A stretch of DNA of 64,000 bases from assembly GCA_964016885.1 (NCBI GenBank), contig OZ024751.1, positions 26,970,001-27,034,000 on the forward strand, given 5' to 3'. The DNA is from Eledone cirrhosa. Taxonomy: Eukaryota. Position 1 is the first letter of the stretch, and each line of letters begins with the position of its first letter. Position numbers and translations under genes: made by a program. This document shows positions 13,540 to 28,040 of this stretch, in pieces. The notes under the pieces are model-generated. The model saw nothing but the letters and a program-made list of their open reading frames with translations, was not told the origin of the DNA and did not search any database.

Positions 13540-14390
13540 TATATAGAATTCACAAGGATCAAAGCTATGTTCATAATAAATCACTGTAAATTCTGGCAGC
13601 AGAAAGAACCTATTCTATAAATCTGGATTAAATAACACTGAGCCTCAATACGTTACAATCATTTACTACATCAAACATTCAATACGAACTCATCGTAACA
13701 TATGTGATGGATGTGAAAACTATAACTTTCTTTTTCTTTTTCTTTTTCTTTTTCTTTTTCTTTTTCTTTTTCTTTTTCTGCACACATACTTTGTTGATCT
13801 ATACAAAAAATACCTTCCCACTACAACCACCATAATACTCTTGCTTACCCGCTTAAAGTACTTGCATTACATGTAATAACTTGCCACACAATACTCGTAT
13901 ATAAATGAGACACACTTGCATGCTCCATGTATGACTAACGCATACACTATCTACTAGATCTGATTATCGAACTACCCTCTTGCATTATCTGTGTTATCTG
14001 CCGCATGTATTTTAGTTTTAATTTTGATTTTAAATTTGATTTGCTATACAAATATAGTATAGTATAATATATGTCACTCCACTGTACATCAATATATATA
14101 TATATATATTTGTATGTCTCTTGCGTTGGATAGGAAGTCAATTATATGTACAAGCATTGAAAAATGCTCTGAAGACTCCAAGCCTAGGTTTGGATGAAAC
14201 AATTGTAAGTGAATAAATGCTTTGAACATAGCTTTGATTCTTGTGAATTCTATATAACTGCTCTGTAGAACAACTGATGTTATTACATTGAGCTATTTAT
14301 CTTACTGGTAATAAGGTAGTAATAAATTACTGACCTTCCCTGTTTATAGTTTAAAATATACATAACTATAAATAGTATCCTTAATATTAT
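13540..14390 (+). mobile_element. Penelope-like fragment with short inverted end and hammerhead
   Basis: tatatagaattcacaaggatcaaagctatgttca (13540-13573) is inverted at ~14223-14255, just 3' of the 14166 hammerhead; right boundary approximate. Confidence 0.55.
14166..14210 (+). ncRNA. Type I minimal hammerhead ribozyme
   Basis: GCT-CTGAAGA-C-TCCAAGC(CTAG)GTTTGGA-T-GAAA-CAATTG-TA^-AGT. Confidence 0.72.
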
Positions 14391-14789
14391 ATTATATATA
14401 CATATATATATACATACATATATCCATTCATACATATATACATACATATATACATACATACATATTCACAAAAGTGATAGATGTGACAAAACACCTAGAT
14501 GTGACAACAAATGCAGACTCTGCAGAATTAACATCGAAGATGTCACCCATGTCATAAGCAGCCGTCCAAAGATGTCATTGCGGTGAAAAGAAGAAAAGAT
14601 CAACATCAACAGTAACTACTGAGCCGCTACTTTTATGTCGGAGTTATCCCAGTTCCTGAGTTGCCTTCTCCTAGAAGAATGCCCTGACAAAGGCTAGGGG
14701 TCCTTCACTCCCAGTGGTTTAGCAGCGCGATCAGGTATCAAGCCCGATTAGTTCTATGTCCCTGCACATATATATACATATGTATAAAT

Positions 14790-14856
<67 letters not shown>

Positions 14857-15817
14857 TACACATGCATATAGATATATACATATTTACACATTTTGGGATA
14901 GCCGTTGACTCTTATGAGTTCTTCTGCCCTTTGTCAGGATTTGATTTTTGTCCTGCAGGATGTCCAAAATCACTGGTGGGGTTGCCAGTTTAGTCACCGA
15001 CGACCCCACCATGTGACAGGTTGTACTGGGTTACATGTTACCAGTAGCACTCAAGAGTGCATACATACATACATGCATACATACATACATACATACAAAC
15101 ACACATACATACAAGCATACATACATACAAACATATATACACACATATATACATACATACATACATACACACATATACATACATACATACATACACACAT
15201 ACATACATACATACATACAATCATACAAACACATAGATACATACATATATATATATATACATACATACATACAGCCCCCCCCCCCCTCCCACATAGAGTG
15301 TGGAGGGTGGGGTGCCTAAAGTGGAGAGTAATAAGATATATAATATGACTGTCCAGAAAGAAGGTTGTAGGTGAGTGCTGGATGTTCTATACAGAGTTCA
15401 CTGAGTACACTGCTGAAACTTTATCCCCCACCCCATCACTGATCATGTGACCTGAATGTTATTTAACTCTACCAATCGCCGGACAACCCCATTAAATCTT
15501 ACCTGCCATTGCAGTCTACACAGGTATCGTACATATACTTATATGTGTCTGTGTGCATTTATATATATATATACATACATTCACACATACACACATACAT
15601 ATATACATACATACATTAACACATACATACACGTACATACATACATAAATACATACATATATACATACATACACATACATACATATATATATATATGTAT
15701 GTGTGTGTGTATGTGTATGCATGTAAGTGCATGTATGTATGTATGTATGTATGTATGTAGGTGTGTATGTACACATATATATATACATATATATACACAT
15801 ATATAAATACATATATA

Positions 15818-15852
<35 letters not shown>

Positions 15853-16075
15853 TACACACACATACATATATTTATATATATATAGAGAGATATATACACT
15901 ATACACCTATACTATATACACACATGTACCTATACATATAAAGCATAGTTTGTTTATACACCTGTTATATTAGATATTTAAATTTTAGCCACAGGCTGTC
16001 TGGACTGCTGTCTTGTTAGGCAGAAATATACTAAGACATATATCAACAATAGCCATTCACTATATATATATCCAT

Positions 16076-16121
<46 letters not shown>

Positions 16122-16699
16122 ACACACACACACACACACATATATATTATATACACATACATAAATATATATACTTTTGAGGGCCATTTGCTATGAAATT
16201 GTTAAGGTTGTAACCAGCATCACACACCTCTCCTCCGCAAATGTACAGAGAAGTCATCGACAATGCATGGTTTCGTACTCATTAGCATTTATAAGGACTA
16301 CATATATCCCACCTTCTGCTGTGGTTAAAATAAATCAAAATCTTATAGATATTTGCTTATGTATATGAGCTGATGAAGCCCATTTGCATATGGAGTGGTA
16401 GCTGCTTGGCTTAAATCAAAAAATTTGTTTTGGTTTCCCAACATAGTGTTATACACATAAATGTGTGTATTGTGTAAGGCTCTGAAATGATTTCCATTAA
16501 TATCCCATATATCATTCCATACATACACACATACATACACACATATACATACACACACATGTATGTATCTAACGCTATGTTGGAGCACCAAAAAATAAAT
16601 ATATATAAAGGCAACTAAGCTATGGTAGTTGAGAGTGATGATCCCAATTTTCCAAAAAGGAGGGTGGTAGAATTTGCTACAATAGTAGTCACACACACA

Positions 16700-16730
<31 letters not shown>

Positions 16731-16735
<5 letters not shown>

Positions 16736-16924
16736 AACAAGTAAGACCCCGACGGCTGAGCTCAAGCCGTTTCGACGGCTAATTCTGGGTCCAGAATTAG
16801 CCGTCGAAACGGCTTGAGCTCAGCCGTCGGGGTCTTACTTGTTCCTATTACCCACTCTACTACCCTAAGTATTGAGTACTTTGGTGCGTTATGGTCCACC
16901 TGGTTCCTTACCACATTTCCTTCG

Positions 16925-16926
<2 letters not shown>
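16731..16926 (+). mobile_element. Perfect 58-bp-arm palindrome plus tail, in (TA)n
   Basis: 16731-16788 is the exact reverse complement of 16791-16848. Tail ctctactac...tattgagtact..ggtc is shared with 25460-25520 (+) and 36430-36495 (-). Confidence 0.7.
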
Positions 16927-16988
<62 letters not shown>

Positions 16989-17152
16989 GGGGGGGATAAA
17001 GTAGTGATCAGATTTTGTTAGGTGAAACCAAAGACCATATCAACATTCAATGGTTTTTGACTGAACATGTGAAAGGTTTATCAAGTGTTTCCAGGGTGGT
17101 CAACTGTGAGTTCAATGAAGGTAATTCCAGGAGTGTATATATATAAGAAACA

Positions 17153-17609
17153 TGAATATGACATCACAGAGGATCAACATATCAACATATATTATGCAAC
17201 TGACACATGTTTTGCTATCTTACAAATGAACAAGATCTAGAAACTCTAATCTGACTAGATTTATCACAGTATTCAATTCCTACTATTTTGTATCATTTAG
17301 AGAGATAACTCGTCAGAAAAAAACAACATTTACATTTAGGCATAAATGTAAAGAGAGGGTGGTAGACTTTTCAACAATAGTTCTGACATATATATAGAGA
17401 GAGAGAGTATAGTAGTGATCAGATTTATGCATAAATGTAAATGTTGTTTTTTTCTGACGAGTTGTCTCACTAAATGATACAAAATAGTAGGAATTGAATA
17501 CTCTGATAAATCTAGTCAGATTAGAGTTTCTAGATCTTGTTCATTTGTAAGATAGCAAAACATGTGTCAGTTACATAATATATGTTGATCCTCTGTGATG
17601 TCATATTCA
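17153..17609. mobile_element. ~190-bp-arm inverted repeat with extended-stem-II hammerhead-like motif
   Basis: Arms 17153-17347 and 17423-17609. Confidence 0.65.
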
Positions 17610-17757
17610 CGATACTTATATTATATTATCATCATCCGGTGGGGGTGAATTGGGACTCACAAGGGAACGTATGACGGATTCAAGAACTCCCGCTTTGTCC
17701 GTTCCCTTGTTGATTCAATTTGGATTGCCTCGGGAACATAACCTTATTATGTAAGAA

Positions 17758-17832
17758 GCTGTCTGATGATGTCACGGCACTGGGTACACCGAAGAGTGTG
17801 GCCACTGTTGTCATTGAAATATGTATCACAGC
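17758..17832 (+). ncRNA. Type I hammerhead ribozyme
   Basis: GCTGT-CTGATGA-TGTCACGGCA...TGTTGTCATT-GAAA-TATGTA-TC^-ACAGC. Confidence 0.75.
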
Positions 17833-18344
17833 ATTATCATTAAAGGACTTTAACATCTGAAACTACTTTGCATTTTCTGAATAGGACCCGTCCAACCCTT
17901 ACAAGCTGGGAAAAGCGGACGTAAAATGATGATGATGATGATGATGATATATATATATAATTGTTTCTACTTTTGGCACAAGGCCAGCAATTACCCAGTG
18001 CATTACTGGTACTTTATTATATATATATATATATATACACACATACACACACATATATAGATACATATATATACATATACATACATATATATATATATAC
18101 ATATATATACATATACATATATATATACACACATACATATATATACACACACACACACAAACACACCCAGTACTCACTGTAAATGAGGTTGGCATTAGGA
18201 AGGGCAGCCAACTGTAGAAACCAAGCCAAAATCAGTTCTTTATGAGCATGACATGGTCACCTGACCTGGCATTGCTCACAACAGGATAACTTGTCTAACC
18301 CATGCCAGTGTGGAAAAGTAGACATTAAATGGTGATGATGATGA

Positions 18345-18385
<41 letters not shown>

Positions 18386-18436
18386 CCAAATGTTAATAAG
18401 GTTCATTGATTACTCAATGAATATAGTTTTACAATA

Positions 18437-18785
18437 GAGGCACATGCTTAGTGGTTAGAGCATTGGCCTTGCAATCGAAAGGTTGTGAGTTCAATTCTCA
18501 GACCGGGTGATGTGTTGTTTCCTTGAGCAAGACACTTTATTTCACATTGCTCCAGTTTACTCAGCTGTAGAAATGAGATGATAGGGACTGGGGTCCATAT
18601 CATTCCACTGCAAAGTGGTCGTGGAGGTGCCACGGCAAAAAAGCAACCAGCAGCACTCACTGTAAATGAGGTTGGTGTTAGGAAGGGCATCCAACTGTAG
18701 AAATCAAGCCAGAATCAGTTGCCGTCCCACCCTTGCAAGCAGGGAAAAAGCGGACGTAAAATGAAATGATGATGAAAAATGATGA
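18437..18785 (+). mobile_element. tRNA-derived SINE with CORE-like domain and RTE-type (TGA)n tail
   Basis: A/B boxes (gcttagtgg, gttcaattc) and tccttgagcaagacacttt. Near-identical segment at 38526-38712; relatives at 10733-11005 +, 20295-20375 -, 31255-31385 -, 47780-48025 -, 51700-51765 -. Confidence 0.7.
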
Positions 18786-18834
18786 ATAGATTAAAAGCAC
18801 TCAACAAAGAAGTTTTCTGGAGTTATTATATATA

Positions 18835-18892
18835 TTATCTGATGAGGACGTACTGAAAAAACAGCACAGTACCTCCGAAATATATATAATAA
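18835..18892 (+). ncRNA. Type I hammerhead ribozyme
   Basis: TTAT-CTGATGA-GGACGTACTG(11 nt)CAGTACCTCC-GAAA-TATATA-TA^-ATAA. Confidence 0.8.
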
Positions 18893-19527
18893 AACATTTA
18901 TTTTGATTATGTAAATTTCTCCATTTATTTTGAATAATATATATAGAGAGAGACAGAGAGAGATTTCTGTTTTTAAATTCTGTCCTTAACTAATAGCAAT
19001 TTCGTTAGTTTCATCAGAAACTCATTAAATATTAGCAACCATCTTATTCTGTGTCAGAAGAATTTAATTATTTTACTATTAAAATTTGTTATTTTAACTT
19101 CCTGCAATGTTAATGATAATGAGTCAGATGATAATTAATTAATTAGTTTTATAAGGGTTTTTATTTCATATTATATATATATATATGTATATATATATAA
19201 CCATCATCATCATCATCATTAATGTTTATCTTCCATGCTAGCAAGGGTTAGACGGGTTTGTCCTATTTAGAGGCAGGTTGGGTCAGGTGATCATGTCTTG
19301 CTCATATAGGAGTGTTTCTGACTGGGTTTCTATGACTGGATGTCCTTCGTAACGCCAACCACATTGACAGAGTGTGCTGGGTGCTTGTTGCCGTGTATTT
19401 TACATGTCCGCTTTACAGTGTGGGCTGGATGTTTTGTGGTACCAGCATAATATACATGCACATATCATGATAATGATATACACACATATATATATATATA
19501 TATACATTTGCGTGCATATACATATAC

Positions 19528-19705
19528 CATCATCATCATCATCATTTTACGTCCACTTTTCCCTGCTTGCAAGGGTTGGACGGGTCCTGTTCAGCACAAC
19601 TTCTCTCCACCTGTCACGGTCCTTCGTCATCTCCTCGGTGTGTCTCAGTGAACTGAGGTCTGCTCTCACCACCTCCGCCCATGTTTTTTGTGGTCTACCT
19701 CTACA
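19528..19705 (-). mobile_element. RTE-clade LINE 3' end
   Basis: [30 protein letters not shown]-terminal motif plus (TGA)n tail; older RTE remnants at ~5330-5780 (+) and ~35790-36000 (-). Confidence 0.75.
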
Positions 19706-19736
19706 CATATCATACATATACATACACACAAAATAC

Positions 19737-19779
<43 letters not shown>

Positions 19780-19877
19780 GTATATATATATATAATGTAG
19801 GAGGTGAGTTTTATTGTAGCACAATAAAGCAATGCAAATATCGGATAAGTAGCACTCTACAGTTTGTAGGACTGGAG

Positions 19878-19925
<48 letters not shown>

Positions 19926-19930
<5 letters not shown>

Positions 19931-20093
19931 AATGGCTTCTACAGGACTAGAACTGTTTCATTTAGGTGAAATTCATTTCTCCCGAATGAAACAGTTCTAG
20001 TCCTGTAAAAGCCATTTCTATATTACATATTTATACTGTGCTATGTATTGAGTACCTTACTGTGGTTACCCCCGACTGAACCCGGGATAAACT
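19926..20093 (+). mobile_element. Fold-back element plus tail, in (TA)n
   Basis: aaatggcttctacaggactagaactgtttcatt / aatgaaacagttctagtcctgtaaaagccattt; related fragments at 27160-27209 and 27660-27720. Confidence 0.55.
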
Positions 20094-20387
20094 TATATAT
20101 ATGTGTGTTAGGAAGGGTATCCAGCCATAGAAAACCTGCCAGATATAGTCCTATACGAGAGAGGGTCACCATAAGTCGAGGCAAGGTTGTTTGTGGAAGA
20201 CCAACAGTCACCCATGTATACCAGTCTCCCCTCTCCATGTCACCGATGTTGTCCAAGGCAATGGCTGATACAGCTTGGCACCAGTGACGTGACAACTCAT
20301 TTCTGAAGCTGAGTAAACTGGAGCAACATGAAATAAAGTGTCTTGCTCAAGAACACAACACAAAGCCCAATCCTAGAAACAATATCT

Positions 20388-20565
20388 TAGAAAATCAGGT
20401 AAACTACCTCTATAAGACGGAAAAAAGTGGCCAGTGGTCTATGAAGAATTGAACGCTGTACCTTTCAAATTCTAACTAAGCAACTTGTAATGTACAGAGT
20501 TCAATCGTCTGTAGCAGCTGCTAGCCACTTTTTTTATCGATAGGGGTATTTTACCTGGTTTTCTA
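20388..20565. repeat. Diverged inverted repeat (~65-bp arms)
   Basis: tagaaaatcaggtaaa..aaaaaagtggc..attgaac / gttcaat..gccactttttt..tttacctggttttcta. Confidence 0.5.
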
Positions 20566-20696
20566 TACTATTATTCTATACTATTATTATTTTCTGAGTT
20601 TGGGACATCTACATTTTCTAACAATTTCAAGCCAACCTAAAACTCAAATACTTTCAAAATATTTGGCTGTGTGTATATACATTGTGGTTCTATCAC

Positions 20697-21837
20697 CTGG
20701 TTTAACACATCTGATCCTCCAGTGTGTATGTCTGGTTTAACACATCCGATCCTCCAGTGTGTATGTCTGGTTTAACATCTGATCCTCCAGTGTGTATGTC
20801 TGGTTTAACACATCTGATCCTCCAGTGTGTATGTCTGGTTTAACACATCTGATCCTCCAGTGTGTATGTCTGGTTTAACACATCTGATCCTCCAGTGTGT
20901 ATGTCTAGTTTAACACATCTGATCCTCCAGTGTGTATGTCTGGTTTAACACATCTGATCCTCCAGTGTGTATGTCTAGTTTAACACATCTGATCCTCCAG
21001 TGTGTATGTCTGGTTTAACACATCTGATCCTCCAGTGTGTATGTCTGGTTTAACACATCTGATCCTCCAGTGTGTATGTCTGGTTTAACACATCTGATCC
21101 GCCAGTGTGTATGTCTAGTTTAACACATCTGATCCTCCAGTGTGTATGTCTAGTTTAACACATCTGATCTCCAGTGTGTATGTCTAGTTTAACACATCTG
21201 ATCCTCCAGTGTGTATGTCTAGTTTAACACATCTGATCCTCCAGTGTGTATGTCTGGTTTAACACATCTGATCCTCCAGTGTGTATGTCTGGTTTAACAC
21301 ATCTGATCCACCAGTGTGTATGTCTGGTTTAACACATCTGATCCTCCAGTGTGTATGTCTGGTTTAACACATCTGATCCTCCAGTGTGTATGTCTGGTTT
21401 AACACATCTGATCCTCCAGTGTGTATGTCTGGTTTAACACATCTGATCCTCCAGTGTGTATGTCTAGTTTAACACATCTGATCTTCCAGTGTGTATGTCT
21501 GGTTTAACACATCTGATCCTCCAGTGTGTATGTCTAGTTTAACACATCTGATCCTCCAGTGTGTATGTCTGGTTTAACACATCTGATCCTCCAGTGTGTA
21601 TGTCTGGTTTAACACATCTGATCCTCCAGTGTGTATGTCTGGTTTAACACATCTGATCCTCCAGTGTGTATGTCTAGTTTAACACATCTGATCCTCCAGT
21701 GTGTATGTCTAGTTTAACACATCTGATCTCCAGTGTGTATGTCTAGTTTAACACATCTGATCCTCCAGTGTGTATGTCTAGTTTAACACATCTGATCCTC
21801 CAGTGTGTATGTCTGGTTTAACACATCTGATCCTCCA
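20697..21837. repeat. 35-bp minisatellite, ~32 copies
   Basis: tggtttaacacatctgatcctccagtgtgtatgtc. Confidence 0.97.
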
Positions 21838-23279
21838 TTGCATTTAGTGGGGTTGTTTTCATTGCAAACATTCAAGCCAGGTCTGCAGTTTGGGAATAAT
21901 TTTCTCGCTTCTTTTTGCCAGTCAGGGATGCCCTTAAAAGGGCCACGGGCACTGCCCTTTACTCCCTGACTAAGCAATAAAAAACACTGAATCTTAACTG
22001 CTTGTGTGATGTTCTAAACCTGACCCTGGTAGTTGGTGGCCCAGATGGTGTTTCAATTCAAATTTAGATACATAATTTTCTCTGGCACAAGGCCAGCACG
22101 TTGAAGGGGAAAGGAAAGTCAATTAATTCAACCCCATCACGTTACTGGTACTTCATTTTATGAACCCTCAAAGGATGAAGGACAAAGCTAACTTCGGTAG
22201 GATTTGAATGATAATAATAATAATAATTGTTTCTACATTTGGCATAAGGTTAGCAATTTGAAGGGAAGGGTAAAGTTGATTAAATCAACTCCAGTGAATT
22301 ACTGGTACTTTATTTTATCGACCCTTAAGGATGAAAGGCAACATTAACATCAGATGGGATTTTAATTCAGACTACATAATAAAGGAATAAATTCTAAAAA
22401 GCACACTGCCTGTCACACATTGATTATTTCACTTCCTCCCCTTTTCCTGGGTTGTTACTTTAATCATTGATCTCGAAAAGGTTGAAAAGCTAAGTTGACC
22501 TCAGCAGGAACTCAGGAAGCAAAGATCCAGACTAAAATACCACAAGACATTTCATCTCCTTCATTAACACTGCTGCCAAGTAGAGCTACTCCCTCATATA
22601 TTACTGATACTAATTGTTTACACCTCCCAGGAACATGGAAATTAATGTTTAAAAACTTATATATAGATTGGGTGTAAAGGTTTTTTAATAATAATAATAA
22701 TAATCTTTCTACTTTAGGCACAAGGCCAGCAATTTGAGGGGGATGGGATAGTCGATTAAATTGATCCCAGTGCATTACTGATACTTTATTTTATCAACCC
22801 CGTGAGGATGAAAGGCATAGCTGAACTCAGCGGGATTTGAACACAGAGCATAAAGAGCCATAACTCTATGCCGCTAAACATGTTGTCCAATGCTCTACTG
22901 ATTCTGTCAATCCACTGCACTTAATAATAATAAGTGAGGGACCTTTGTCAACTTGACCTTTGTCAACTTGACCTTTGTCAACTTGACCTTTGTCAACTTG
23001 ACCTTTGTCAACTTGACCTTAACTGAAATATCCAGATTGTTTAACATCTGTCTGAGATTCACAAAAATTAACCATAATAATAATAGTAATAATAATGATT
23101 TCTGTATTAGCCACAAAGGGCTGACATTAAGGAGACATTAAAGACGGTAAATGATGCCTGATATAGGCACAACTAGTAATAATAAGAGTTAATAATGTTA
23201 ATGATAATAATATTAATAATAATAGGTAAACAAGACAAAGGTTTGATGAATCTATAAGAGAAGGAAGGAGAGATTTTGA

Positions 23280-24425
23280 GAGTGCTGTGTGGGTAGTATT
23301 GGCGTGACTGGACAGTGCTGTAGGGGTAGTATTGGCGTGACTGGACACTGGATACTGGACAGTGCTGTAGAGGCAGTATTGGCGTGACTGGACACTGGAC
23401 AGTGCTGTAGGGGTAGTATTGGCGTGACTGGACACTGGATACTGGACAGTGCTGTAGGGGCAGTATTGGTGTGACTGGACACTGGATACTGGACAGTGAT
23501 GTAGGGGCAGTATTGGTGTGACTGGACACTGGATACTGGACAGTGCTGTAGAGGCAGTATTGGTGTGACTGGACACTGGACAGTGCTGTAGGGATACTGG
23601 TCACTGGACAGTGCTGTGTGGGCAGTATTGGTGTGACTGGTCAATGGTCACTGGACAGTGCTGTAGGGGCAGTATTGGTGTGACTGGACACTGGACAGTG
23701 CTGTAGGGGCAGTATTGGTGTGACTGGAGACTGGTCACTGGACGGTGCTGTAGGGGCAGTATTGGTGTGACTGGTCAATGGTCACTGGACAGTGCTGTAG
23801 GGGCAGTATTGGTGTGACTGGTCAATGGTCACTGGACAGTGCTGTAGGGGCAGTATTGGTGTGACTGGTCAATGGTCACTGGACAGTGCTGTAGGGGCAG
23901 TATTGGTGTGACTGGTCAATGGTCACTGGACAGTGCTGTAGGGGCAGTATTGGTGTGACTGGACACTGGACAGTGCTGTAGGGATATTATTAGTGTGACT
24001 GGACACTGGTCACTGGACAGTGCTGTAGGGGTAGTATTGGTGTGACTGGACACTGGTCACTGGACAGTGCTGTAGGGCAGTATTGGTGTGACTGGTCAAT
24101 GGTCACTGGACAGTGATGTGTGGGTAGTATTGGTGTGACTGGATTGTTGACAGTGTAGTAGAGGTAGAATTGGTGTGACTGGATTGTTGACAGTGTAGTA
24201 GAGGTAGAATTGGTGTGACTGGACACTGGACAGTGTTGTATAGGCAGTATTGTTGTGACTGGACACTGCTGTATAGGCAGTATTGGTGTGTTTGGACACT
24301 GGACAGTGCTGTGTGGTCAGTATTGGTGTGACTGAACACTGGTCAGTGCTGTTTGGGCAGTATTGATGTGACTGGACACTTGAAAGTGCTGTGTGGGCAG
24401 TATTGGTGTGACTGGACTCTGGTCA
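23280..24425. repeat. Complex minisatellite with variable ACTGG sub-repeats
   Basis: cagtgctgtaggggcagtattggtgtgactgg(acactgg)n. Confidence 0.92.
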
Positions 24426-24688
24426 CCAAGTGAAAGAAAGATAGAACTAAAGATGGGAAACACTGAAAGGAAGTTTCAGATACACCACCAAAATATTATT
24501 ATTATTATCTGGACATACAGAGTGAGAGGTGGAGGAGAAGAGAAGTGATTGGGGGACAAAGAGGAGCTCAGTGAAACTGGACAGGCAGACATTATCTTTG
24601 ATCTGATGGGTTAAAAATAAGGTGTGTTTAAATTTAAAGACATTTTTGGAGTCTTGGAGAGAGAGAGAAGGAGAGAGAGAGATAGAAG

Positions 24689-24765
<77 letters not shown>

Positions 24766-25312
24766 AGAGAGAGGGAGAAAGAAATAGAGAGAGATAAAGA
24801 TAGGATGGGTTAAAAAGAAGGTTTGTTTAAATTTAAAGAACTTTTGCAGTCTTAGAGAGAAAGAGAGAGAGAGGGAGAGAGAGATAGATATATATAGAGA
24901 GAGAAAATGCATGCTAGGGGTTACGGTGCTATGGTGCTGACCGTGAACACAGATGGATTATGGCAATCGTAGAGCAATATATTACCTACAGCATTTTTAA
25001 GCAGCTTCTCCATGTTCAGGTGTTTCATTGTCAAACTGTTACATGTGAAGAATCACATGTAGGAGGAAAAAAAAACAACACTTTAAGTTGAATATTGAGT
25101 AATAAAAGAGATAGATAGATAAAGAGAGAGAGAGTGAGAGTGAGAGAGCGAGAGAGAGAGAGAGAGAGAACTACATGAACAATTGTTTGGCTAGAAGAGC
25201 AGGTTTGTGAAAATGGGAAAATTTATATATGTGTATGTATGTACCTCAAAATATATAATTATTATGTATGTGTGTACATATATATATATATGTGTGTGTG
25301 TGTGTGTATATA

Positions 25313-25357
<45 letters not shown>

Positions 25358-25533
25358 CATAAAGTGTTGGGACCCGACAGCTGAGCTGGTGTCTTGTCGA
25401 CAGCTAGTTCCACGGGAAGAGCTCAGCCATCAGGTCTCGACTATTTACAATAAAACCATACTCTACTACCACAAATATCGAGTACTCTCTTGAGTAATGG
25501 TCTAACCAGTTTCAAACTGGTTTCATCCTAATT
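25358..25533 (+). mobile_element. Diverged relative of the 16731 palindromic element
   Basis: gacccgacagctgagct...agctcagccatcaggtc plus the same tail; flanked by (TA)n. Confidence 0.55.
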
Positions 25534-27264
<1,731 letters not shown>

Positions 27265-27268
27265 TATG

Positions 27269-27562
27269 TATCACTGATATTAATAAATGGAAACTATATT
27301 TATAAAACCATATTTATTCCATTATATATACCTCAAGTGTACCAAAACTTTGGTACGCTCTCATCAGATAAAACACAAAGTTTGTTCTATAAATATTGGC
27401 ATATCCAGGAATGAGACCTTAATGGTTCAAGTTTTACCTGGATAAATATGGTTTTATTCAGGTTTTACCTGAATAAATATGGTTTTATAAATATAGTTTC
27501 CATTTATTAATATCATTGATATTATACTCCAGAAAACCTGTCGAGTGCTTCGAATCTGTTAT
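27269..27562 (+). mobile_element. Fold-back Penelope-like fragment plus tail
   Basis: Arms 27269-27319 and 27471-27521; tail actccagaaaac..gagtgct also present inverted at 18785-18825. Confidence 0.6.
27311..27376 (-). ncRNA. Degenerate hammerhead (GAAA to GAGG)
   Basis: TGTTTTAT-CTGATGA-GAGCGTACCAAA..TTTGGTACACTT-GAGG-TATATA-TA-ATGGAATA; shares its downstream flank with the 6692 copy. Confidence 0.6.
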
Positions 27563-27722
27563 AAATATATATATTTGTTGAATTACCAACAAATTAACCA
27601 TCCCTTTGCTTATATATCATATGTATATAAATATATATACATATCTATATATATTTAATATAGAAATGGCTTCTTAAGTACCTTACTTACTGTGTTTATT
27701 CCTGATTGAACCCAGGACAAAT

Positions 27723-27753
<31 letters not shown>

Positions 27754-27815
27754 CTTATATATATACATATATATATATACATATATATTCATTTTATTAA
27801 GGCTAAACAGTGAGT

Positions 27816-27863
27816 CTTGTTACTGTGGAGTTTCGCCTATTTATCACAGGGTCATCAGTCAAG
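27816..27863 (-). ncRNA. Type I hammerhead (left arm of fold-back), core intact
   Basis: CTTGA-CTGATGA-C-CCTGT(GATAA)ATAGG-C-GAAA-CTCCACAG-TA^-ACAAG. Confidence 0.72.
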
Positions 27864-27869
27864 CTAGTT

Positions 27870-27917
27870 CTTGTCTGATGACCCTGTGATAAACAGGCTA
27901 AACTACACAGTAACAAG
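27870..27917 (+). ncRNA. Type I hammerhead (right arm), GAAA mutated to TAAA, probably inactive
   Basis: CTTGT-CTGATGA-C-CCTGT(GATAA)ACAGG-C-TAAA-CTACACAG-TA-ACAAG. Confidence 0.65.
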
Positions 27918-27961
27918 ACTCACTGTTTAGCCTTAATATTAGAACTCTACTTTGGTATTGA

Positions 27962-28040
<79 letters not shown>

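Larger units (their letters stand above)
27795..27964 (+). mobile_element. Fold-back element made of two opposed hammerheads plus tail
   Basis: Arms 27795-27863 and 27870-27938; tail actctactttggtattgagtg; (TA)n flanks. Confidence 0.7.

Noticed and set aside
13575-13650. Possible GIY-YIG C-terminal remnant (GLN tripeptide)
   Set aside because: Too short and degenerate to support without a profile search
18437-18505. tRNA gene
   Set aside because: A/B boxes belong to a SINE head; no cloverleaf
18990-19022. Minus-strand CTGATGA...GAAA
   Set aside because: No stem II or stem I pairing; likely chance
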